A DNA stretch of 64,000 nt, taken from assembly GCA_047495785.1 (NCBI GenBank), contig JBLDXI010000004.1:2232001-2296000 (forward strand), read 5' to 3'. This DNA is from Lepidodermella squamata (lineage: Eukaryota > Animalia > Gastrotricha). Below, piece by piece: positions 24,001 to 33,700 of this stretch. The notes beneath the pieces were generated by a model, which was not told the DNA's origin, did no database searches, and saw nothing but the letters and a program-made list of their open reading frames with translations. The position numbers and the translations under genes were made by a program. Numbering within the stretch: the first letter of the stretch is position 1; the number at the start of each line of letters is the position of its first letter.

Positions 24001-26832
24001 GATTTTGGCCCCTTTTGTCACCTCGGGATGGCTTTTTCACGAATGGTGATGTCTGGCGGGCTGAAAATTTGCAAATATTCAGAATCAGCATTGTCGAAAA
24101 CCCCTGTACAGTCATTTGGGCCATAGGCGGCTCAGTTTTGACAAAATTTACCCTTTTTCGTGAGCTTTAAAGGCCAGGCGGCTATGCTTTAAGTCCGTTT
24201 GAATGTCCATTTTACAAACGGTGATGAATTTAGGTCTAATTTTTTGCAGATGTTGAGATTCAGCATTGTCGATAACCCTTGACAAATAAATTTGACATTC
24301 GTACTGGCCAGATTTCCAAAAAATGTCAATTTACGGTGAAAAAAACAGCAAATTTCAAGTTTGCGCAAACTCAAGTCAAATTTTCAATGCGTATGAGTCC
24401 TGCCATCCAAGCGGGTAACTGCCACATTGGTGTAAAGAGGCTAGATTAACCAAATCAAATGCGACGAAGACGATGGCAATGTCAGATTTCATGCCAGAGT
24501 TATCGATTCGATAGTCATCGATAAGTTTTGATTGATTGGTTTATCGATTTTGGCCCCTTTTGTCACCTCGGGATGGCTTTTTCACGAATGGTGATGTCTG
24601 GCGGGCTGAAAATTTGCAAATATTCAGAATCAGCATTGTCGAAAACCCCTGTACAGTCATTTGGGCCATAGGCGGCTCAGTTTTGACAAAATTTACCCTT
24701 TTTCGTGAGCTTTAAAGGCCAGGCGGCTATGCTTTAAGTCCGTTTGAATGTCCATTTTACAAACGGTGATGAATTTAGGTCTAATTTTTTGCAGATGTTG
24801 AGATTCAGCATTGTCGATAACCCTTGACAAATAAATTTGACATTCGTACTGGCCAGATTTCCAAAAAATGTCAATTTACGGTGAAAAAAACAGCAAATTT
24901 CAAGTTTGCGCAAACTCAAGTCAAATTTTCAATGCGTATGAGTCCTGCCATCCAAGCGGGTAACTGCCACATTGGTGTAAAGAGGCTAGATTAACCAAAT
25001 CAAATGCGACGAAGACGATGGCAATGTCAGATTTCATGCCAGAGTTATCGATTCGATAGTCATCGATAAGTTTTGATTGATTGGTTTATCGATTTTGGCC
25101 CCTTTTGTCACCTCGGGATGGCTTTTTCACGAATGGTGATGTCTGGCGGGCTGAAAATTTGCAAATATTCAGAATCAGCATTGTCGAAAACCCCTGTACA
25201 GTCATTTGGGCCATAGGCGGCTCAGTTTTGACAAAATTTACCCTTTTTCGTGAGCTTTAAAGGCCAGGCGGCTATGCTTTAAGTCCGTTTGAATGTCCAT
25301 TTTACAAACGGTGATGAATTTAGGTCTAATTTTTTGCAGATGTTGAGATTCAGCATTGTCGATAACCCTTGACAAATAAATTTGACATTCGTACTGGCCA
25401 GATTTCCAAAAAATGTCAATTTACGGTGAAAAAAACAGCAAATTTCAAGTTTGCGCAAACTCAAGTCAAATTTTCAATGCGTATGAGTCCTGCCATCCAA
25501 GCGGGTAACTGCCACATTGGTGTAAAGAGGCTAGATTAACCAAATCAAATGCGACGAAGACGATGGCAATGTCAGATTTCATGCCAGAGTTATCGATTCG
25601 ATAGTCATCGATAAGTTTTGATTGATTGGTTTATCGATTTTGGCCCCTTTTGTCACCTCGGGATGGCTTTTTCACGAATGGTGATGTCTGGCGGGCTGAA
25701 AATTTGCAAATATTCAGAATCAGCATTGTCGAAAACCCCTGTACAGTCATTTGGGCCATAGGCGGCTCAGTTTTGACAAAATTTACCCTTTTTCGTGAGC
25801 TTTAAAGGCCAGGCGGCTATGCTTTAAGTCCGTTTGAATGTCCATTTTACAAACGGTGATGAATTTAGGTCTAATTTTTTGCAGATGTTGAGATTCAGCA
25901 TTGTCGATAACCCTTGACAAATAAATTTGACATTCGTACTGGCCAGATTTCCAAAAAATGTCAATTTACGGTGAAAAAAACAGCAAATTTCAAGTTTGCG
26001 CAAACTCAAGTCAAATTTTCAATGCGTATGAGTCCTGCCATCCAAGCGGGTAACTGCCACATTGGTGTAAAGAGGCTAGATTAACCAAATCAAATGCGAC
26101 GAAGACGATGGCAATGTCAGATTTCATGCCAGAGTTATCGATTCGATAGTCATCGATAAGTTTTGATTGATTGGTTTATCGATTTTGGCCCCTTTTGTCA
26201 CCTCGGGATGGCTTTTTCACGAATGGTGATGTCTGGCGGGCTGAAAATTTGCAAATATTCAGAATCAGCATTGTCGAAAACCCCTGTACAGTCATTTGGG
26301 CCATAGGCGGCTCAGTTTTGACAAAATTTACCCTTTTTCGTGAGCTTTAAAGGCCAGGCGGCTATGCTTTAAGTCCGTTTGAATGTCCATTTTACAAACG
26401 GTGATGAATTTAGGTCTAATTTTTTGCAGATGTTGAGATTCAGCATTGTCGATAACCCTTGACAAATAAATTTGACATTCGTACTGGCCAGATTTCCAAA
26501 AAATGTCAATTTACGGTGAAAAAAACAGCAAATTTCAAGTTTGCGCAAACTCAAGTCAAATTTTCAATGCGTATGAGTCCTGCCATCCAAGCGGGTAACT
26601 GCCACATTGGTGTAAAGAGGCTAGATTAACCAAATCAAATGCGACGAAGACGATGGCAATGTCAGATTTCATGCCAGAGTTATCGATTCGATAGTCATCG
26701 ATAAGTTTTGATTGATTGGTTTATCGATTTTGGCCCCTTTTGTCACCTCGGGATGGCTTTTTCACGAATGGTGATGTCTGGCGGGCTGAAAATTTGCAAA
26801 TATTCAGAATCAGCATTGTCGAAAACCCCTGT
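21034..26832 (+). repeat. Satellite block 3, forward orientation (~10.6 monomers), out of phase with block 1
   Basis: Forward monomer resumes at CTGGCCAG 21034-21041; monomer start at 21119; exact match ends at GAAAACCCCTGT 26832. Confidence 0.97.
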
Positions 26833-27167
26833 GTTCTCAATTTGGCCATAGGCGCGTGACAGAATTTTGACAGAATTTTATTATTACTGCGGTTTGATAT
26901 GTTTACTATAATAATAATAATAAATGTACGCAAATCGCGAGACATTTAACTGACTATAACTAATTAATCGAGTCTCGTATTGCAAATATATTTACATATT
27001 CTTGCTCGTCGCAATGAAGCGGTCATTTTGACACCAGTCTCGAGGCGATATTCGACAAAATAACTTTTTTTATTTTTTATTAAAGACTATACGCACACTA
27101 GCTACATTTCAGCACTGCGGTGACGTTATCACGATGAAGCAATTGATACAATATCACATAAATATCC

Positions 27168-28103
27168 TTGGTTCTCAAGCGCCGAAAACGAGAGCAATCC
27201 AATTGGCTTAACTCAAATAAGTTTCCTTTAGATAATGACCATATTCGATCGGAGACTGTTACGCCAAGTCACAGCCCTCTGATAAAATCGTGTAAAATTT
27301 TGGATATTTTTCCTCTCTACTTTAAGGAAGATGATTATTGTGTCATCTCTCCATTTTTACTCTTTACAAATCTTTACACAGCTATAGATTGTGACGACGG
27401 ACAGTTTCAGATACTCAATGCTAATCTCAACAAGTGCCATCGAAAACATGAAACAATACTATGCCCCTGGGAAGCATATACGAGTCGAACTATGGTCAAC
27501 TGGATGCATCCGACGAACGAAACAAGTCAACTCAACATATGCAAAGCAACAGCCAACTTCTGCGATAATCTACCACCATGGATACAGCTCAACAACACCA
27601 CTTTCTGGCTAGCAAAAGCGACAATGGTTTCGCACGTAAGTCATACAAGCTTTGCACTCAAATTGCTATCAGCCACACTGATTACTCTGGCGACAGGCAC
27701 AATAGGATACGGTAATCACGAAATGCTACAAGTCGAAGGTGACGTCAATATCACCAACGGCAGTTTTAGCGCCTCAACCTTTGTTATCATCGGGAAAAAC
27801 ATGTTAATGCAGCCTAATTCTTCAAAAATTGAGCTGCCTAGACACACCATGGTCAAATCGTGTCAAATTTTTGAAACTACACCTGAAATGACCAATTCCG
27901 GGATAACTTGGTGGGGAGCGAGTATCATTGTTGTGGTCATCCTTAGCTCAATTATGATATTTGTGCTCCTAAAGTGCCTAACGAATATTCAGATGGGGTG
28001 TGAAAGGCAACACCGAAGCCATGACAACATTTACGAACCAATGACGCGCGCCAAAAAGGTGTTTCGACGAAAACAGCCAAAAACCATATGCAGCTCTATA
28101 TAA
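27168..28103 (+). pseudogene. 5'-truncated envelope-like type I membrane glycoprotein (possibly errantivirus/baculovirus F-like Env)
   Basis: 311-codon ORF starting at TTG with no signal peptide; Cys-rich ectodomain (LNKCHRKHETILCP); N-glycosylation sequons NET, NNT/NTT, NIT, NGS, NSS; TM helix WWGASIIVVVILSSIMIFVLL; cytoplasmic YEPM and basic tail; lies just upstream of PPT/LTR. Confidence 0.7.
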
Positions 28104-28273
28104 GCAGCGAAATGCGACGTCTCTGGGACGATCGCCTGGTTATTTAAGCAAACTATGTAATTTATATTTTCTCTTTTAAACATTCAATCCGCGCTAACTT
28201 GACTTTTCTAACCTTTTCTAGCAAAACCGTTTATACCTAACTTCTGGTAAATTTTACGTTTCACGTATAAACT

Positions 28274-28283
28274 AGAGGGGAGG
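28274..28283 (+). other. Polypurine tract
   Basis: AGAGGGGAGG directly before the TG start of the LTR. Confidence 0.8.
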
Positions 28284-28626
28284 TGTGAAAAGGTTGAAAA
28301 GGTTGAGAACTAGTTAACACCGATGATTCATAGCGGTGAATCAGCATCCTACAAACGTACCGGTAAGTGCGTCAGAACTTCCGTTACGTGCGTCAAGCTG
28401 TTACCAAAGTGCGTCAAAGGTGTTACCAAAGTGCGTCAGAGACAAGGAAGATGCGCAGGTAATGACTCACGTGTATTGTATATAAGCAGGATGAAATTGT
28501 GTGAAGAACAACAAGTTATTAGCTCTTTTGGTTTATGAGTTTAATAAAACCTTTAGTGGTAACTCTTGGAATTAGCGTCTTTGCTACCTTTTGTTGGCTA
28601 CTGGCTACTCATCTTCTGGTATCACA
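28284..28626 (+). repeat. Long terminal repeat (343 bp)
   Basis: Inverted termini TGTGA (28284) and TCACA (28622-28626); TATATAA 28479-28485; AATAAA 28543-28548; repeated U3 motifs. Confidence 0.8.
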
Positions 28627-30221
28627 GAATTAACACCTTTAATCGTCACCTTTAACGTCACAGTCGAACTCACTAGTTTCCTAAAAGTTTCAGTGTGACA
28701 ACTTGACAAATTATTTCAGGTTTCTAATAATTTTGTTGAAATTTCTCCAATTTGTTCAGTTTTTCCCCTACATTTTACAGGGAGGAAAATTTCTTACCGC
28801 AGTTGGTTGTCATCCAATCTTGTTTAACTGAGACTCGGCATTGGATGATCGGATACCGAAATTGACGAAATTGACTGAAATTCGGCCGTTTACCAGTCAG
28901 TCTTGTGAGGCAGATTCGACAGGATATGAGGTAGCTACAACCTACAACAATTAAGGTGGAATTTTCGGAACAAATATCAAACCAAGTAGATCACGGCTGC
29001 CCAAGTATGCAACGTTGAACCTGAAGCCATTTCACAAACAATCGACGTGACGGGCGAGAATGGTTGACGTTTAACGATCCTAAGAAAAATAATTTTTAAC
29101 AAAATTCAGGAAAAAATAGACGGTCATTTCAAGCCTGTACTACGGCCGAATTTCCACGCTTCTACGCAGGAAGTCCGCGATAATTGCGATTCCCCATTTC
29201 TCGACCGTGACAACGTGACAACGGCATAGAAATTGATAAAATTCTAAAAATATGAAATGTGTGAAAGCTACCCAGTCGGTTAAATTGGGGTTCGAAAACT
29301 AGAAACTAGAAACTACATGTGGTTTAGCGGTTATGTGGTTTCATAATAAGTTTACTAAGACTATCAACTAAGAGTGTTGAGGTAGCAGCATAGCCTTAGC
29401 CCTTAGCATAGCAGTGAAAAAAGCAAGTCAGCCTCAACAAAATCAAACCAAAATTATGATGAAAAATAACAAATTCGAATTAGGTTGAAGAATTGCGAAA
29501 TGAGAGATTTATTTCATTCTCAAAGTAGTTCAGAAATCCGATGCTGTAACAATGCTGCGTCATAACGACACGTGCTGGACTCAAACCAATTTTGAATCGA
29601 ACAAGACAATTTATGACCTGAATATTTCCATGTAGGTCATCTGTAGATCTATCGCCTTAGATCCATGTGTGTGAAATTGATGACCTAGAATGTGGCTAAG
29701 CCAGTGGTTAAATTAGAGCATCGCTGCTGGTGGGTCGACCCTGGCTAGATCGATCTGGTTAGATCCTATTTAAACGACCCTGTCCTACTCCAAGTGGCTA
29801 AACCTTCGTTGAGTAATTAAATGTGCTGATTATTGCCAATGAATTGTCTGAAGCTGCACGAAATCTGACCTAGCGGCGATCGAGGAGCCTCGATCTATGG
29901 GAATAGACGCAATGTACACGATTCGGCCTGTTTGAATGGTCGCCTCGGTCTAGCTGTGACCAAATTTCTACGATCATAGTTGATAGATCTTTATTCAATC
30001 CTAATTCGATCATTCCGCTATTTCTCGGTCTACTGATTTCCGACTGGGATGTTGGGAATTCAAAATATTTATTCCTTTAACTCGTTTCACCAGGTTGCTC
30101 AGATGTTTTTGTATTTTTTTAGTGCAGGCGGCTTAGTTGGAAGTTTCAACACACAATAAATCAAAACTCATGATATTGTTCGATAAATAAAATGAATACA
30201 ATCAGGAAGTCGTGGAGCTGA

Positions 30222-30736
30222 TCACCCTTGAATATGCTCGCATAGGCCGGCGGTAGTTGCATCAGCGCAGGAAGCTCGTAGAAGCGAACCAGAAGATAGA
30301 ACCCCGCCTGAGAAAATAAATTGATCATATCATCATAATAAATCTGTTTTTCATTCCTAGCAGTGAATTTTGTCGTCTGGCGCGCCGTTTAACGTGAACA
30401 GTGCGCTGTTGAAGGGGTCGCCCGTTATCCAAGAATAAGAGACCAAGTCCCGCCGTTTCCCACCGATGAATTTTTGCGATCCAACCAGCAACTTAGCAGC
30501 ATCAAATGTCGCTTGATCCTTGATTGTGGCCAAAGTTTTCCCGATGCTGACGCAGTAAGCTGCCAGATCGGCACTAACGGCATTCGTTGATGTCAGTTCA
30601 AGGGTGGACGGACTCTACAAAAGTAAATACTTCCTAAAGTTGTCATAAGAATGCAGTGTACTTACATTGCCGCAAAGACCATACGTGGCCCCATTGCATA
30701 GAAAGTCCGTAAAGCCGCCATTTGTCAAAAGCATAC
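30222..30736 (-). pseudogene. Orphan last three exons of a C-type-lectin-like gene (paralog of 60894-63750)
   Basis: Exons 30736-30666 (MLLTNGGFTDFLCNGATYGLCGN), 30614-30362 (...LAAYCVSIGKTLATIKDQATFDAA...FIGGKRR...SWITGDPF) and 30307-30222 (CGVLSSGSLLRASCADATTAGLCEHIQG*); same intron positions as the 61-kb paralog; last donor is non-canonical GCTAGG; no upstream exons seen nearby. Confidence 0.75.
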
Positions 30737-33700
30737 CTGCAAATCAGCAAATGAATGTGAACCGATGAAACAAAACAAAAAAATGTAAAGCATTTTAACC
30801 TTCGTACTTCGTTGTAAGACTCAGTGGATGAAGTAGGATCCTCGAAGTACGTTTTGTATGTTCAGCCTCGAATTCATCTGACCGAAGAGTAAAAGAGTAC
30901 CCCTGTTGGAGGTGGTTCGGTACCCCCCACACTTCGCACACTGGAATCAGTGATGTTTTTACTTTGTAGGGCTACAAGTATGTCATCATTCCAAATTCGA
31001 CAAATTCCGTATGATTGAGACCTTCAAATCAATTGAGTCAAGCCCAGCGGACCAAATTTGATAACTTTCAGATTTTTCAGTACAAAGTCTTTCGCTCAGA
31101 TGCAAAATGCAAAGGAAAGCAAGTAAATTTAGAAGATTTTCCACTAAAACACGCTCCAAAACTTCTCAAAAATGACGAAACAGTGGCTAAATGTTCATTT
31201 TCTTGTCCGGCCTGGCCGATGCCGATCTGGGGAATAATATCCCCCATCCCCCTGGGCCAGGTGAGAAAACCCCAAAACCCACAAGCCTAAGCCATATAAT
31301 TCCGGGAACGAAAACACCAGTGGATGAACATAGTGCCGCCGGCATTGCGTGGGGACTGATTTTTAAGAAACGACCTGATTTTATTAATTAACAGGGGTTC
31401 ATATTTTCGAATTATAAATAAAACAATATTTCAAACCACGGAAAAATATAAAAAGGCTTCCGTATTGGTTTTCACATCAATTTATTAATGAGAACTGGCG
31501 CGCAATCAGGTTTTTGGCTGGTGTTAGGCAGTCGTTCGTGTTGCCCGTGGGTTGGGCTCGTCAAGTTAACTTTCGGCTGTCTGGCAGTGCATTAGTGCTT
31601 ATTTTAAGTTGCGGCATTGTATATTTGATCAATTTTTGCTATTGTAGGCGGCAGTGGAGTGGTTAAGCAGCATATTTTTCAGATGTATCAGTTAGATCGG
31701 CTTGTTGCTGGCTGTTCTTCTGCAACTCATGGCTTTGAAGATGAGCAAGCGACCATGTTTTGGTCTGAATTAGGAGCGCTTTGCTGTGACTTGAAACTCC
31801 TTATATCCAGGACACCACTCGTTTTCATAAATTTCGGAAATTTCTCGCGGAGTTACTCTGATTCACATTTTAGATGCTACTGGAGTTCACAAGTTAGAGA
31901 TGGAGTTTAATGGATTCTGCTTGTTTATGTTGGCTTGGCATGAGAGTACTAGAATTTACTTTCTTAATGCTTTTCTGTCTAAGAATTCAATCTAATTTTG
32001 CCCTAGGGTCTCTTTGCTGTCTTTCTAAAACCGAAGTTACGGCGTCGATGCACTCGGGGACGTTGTGTGTTATGTGCATTTGATGCTGGTAGGAGTCTCG
32101 AGTGTTGCATTATTTTAATCTTGAACTTCTAGATATAACCGCTAATAACGGTCCGCTAGGGTTGTAACATCTCTGGGCCTCTCAGTCCAGGATCGAATGA
32201 ATGATGGAAAATATGTAAGGCAACATCTAAACTTGAAATGCTTCTGGCTTCTGCTGTTTGTGAGCTGGCGTGATTCAACGAAAGTTGAGTGTGGATGAGG
32301 TGGCGCTGTTTGAGCACTCTGAATTAAGCTGGCACATTTAAGGTGACTAATGACTAGTAAGAATCCGACTTTACGCCTTTCATTTCAAGTCAACTGAACT
32401 TTCTTTAGTTCTTTCATCAGTTTGAGTCATTAGCCAGATTATTTCCGAGTTACTTATTTGGTAGCGCTAAAGATATCCATCCAAACTCACACTAGCTAAT
32501 CACGAGCAAAATAACCAACGCTTGAAGCCGACAACAGAATGAAGAATGGGATGTTATAAACAAGACTTGTTAAGAGATGCCATGATAAATTTGTTTCATT
32601 TTGATTTCCGCCTTGCTTTGAAATGTATGATGATTATTTACGAAATTCAGTCGTGAGGTTAAATTGCGTTAATATCTCATGTATGTTTAGAGTAATAATT
32701 TACATTTTTTTCTTAGAATTAATCGATCAAACTTCAAATGGCTAGTCAAAAGGAGAATACGATGCGACTGATACGATCTATGCCTTGAGCAGTCGGCTCT
32801 TCAGGCGCTTGACTCGCGGCAGACTAAATCAAAGCAAGAGAAACCAAACCGAAGATACTGGGTGTGTTTTTCAGCCACGACCACAAATGGTACTTTTAAT
32901 GTTGAATTTCTTAAAAAATTGGAAAAAATATAATTATTTTCAAGGGATCGGAGAACTCTTCTAGAAGATAAATACGAAAATAATATCGTGGATCTATGAG
33001 CTAAAGTAAAATGGTCGAATCCAGGAGCGTGGTATGTTAGAATTTCAACTGTTGTCCAGCCGCAATAATTTTATTCCGATTATTTTCTCAGGTGGTCTGA
33101 GATTTTTGAGACCAGTTTTGGTATCGATTTCGAATATGTCGGATCTGTTGGCGCAAGAGAAATACCGTCTATAATCAAGCTAATATTTAACGTTGTCTTT
33201 GTTTCAATGTCGCGGTTAAACTGTTATTGAATTTCTAAATAATTTTTCGGGGTAAAAATGCCAATAAAATGTGGAAACCAAAAGTGTAATTTTTCCGTGT
33301 AAATCTGTTTAAATCCATCTTAAGTATCGATTGAGTGGCCGTGGCTGATGGCAGATGATGACGAAGGATGGCCCACTGCTCTATATCTGACAGGTTTTCA
33401 TTCAGGCAGAGATTGAAGCAGAAGCTAAAAAATGGCGAAAATATTTCATAACCACCAGTAAAAGAACCCGGCCTTGGGACCGGTTCCGGGTAAAAACCGC
33501 GGAAGGCCTTTACAATGCTAGCATTGCCCTCAGGATTGTATACACCTATTGCCGCAAATGAGAAATATTGCGAATATTCTCAGGCCCGCTATCGAAGGCG
33601 AAACTGTTTGAGCGAAAAAGAAAGCCAGCAAAGAAATGATAATTTTTCGCATATTTCGTCGCCGCCGAAATTTTAAACTGAGCAGGACAACTACAGCGTG

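Larger units (their letters stand above)
1..26832. repeat. 545-bp tandem satellite array (~49 monomers; likely continues left of the window)
   Basis: GCGTATGAGTCCTGCC recurs at 1, 546, 1091... (period 545); the ORF track repeats every 545 bp; monomers are nearly invariant. Confidence 0.99.
27168..28626 (+). mobile_element. 3' remnant of an env-bearing LTR retrotransposon (env-like ORF, PPT, 3' LTR); gag/pol absent
   Basis: Order glycoprotein ORF, 3'UTR, purine tract AGAGGGGAGG, then TGTGA...TCACA LTR. Confidence 0.8.

Noticed and set aside
346-26554. Repeated 61-aa ORF (MSLRKLEICC...) as a multicopy gene
   Set aside because: Starts at TTG, has no recognisable motif, is interrupted by the 6935 variant, and is simply a by-product of the satellite
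1-26832. CRISPR array or rDNA/5S/tRNA/histone tandem cluster
   Set aside because: No unique spacers and no recognisable RNA-gene or histone sequence in the monomer
28323-28538. 71-aa ORF
   Set aside because: Lies inside the LTR and reflects its 21-bp repeats
29545-30000. Possible solo LTR (TGTAAC start, GATC-rich, TATTTAAA)
   Set aside because: No matching inverted terminus or TSD found
31131-31170. Short motif shared with ~48829-48867 as evidence of intron orthology between lectin copies
   Set aside because: A related copy occurs inverted near 53715-53755, so it is more likely a dispersed repeat fragment
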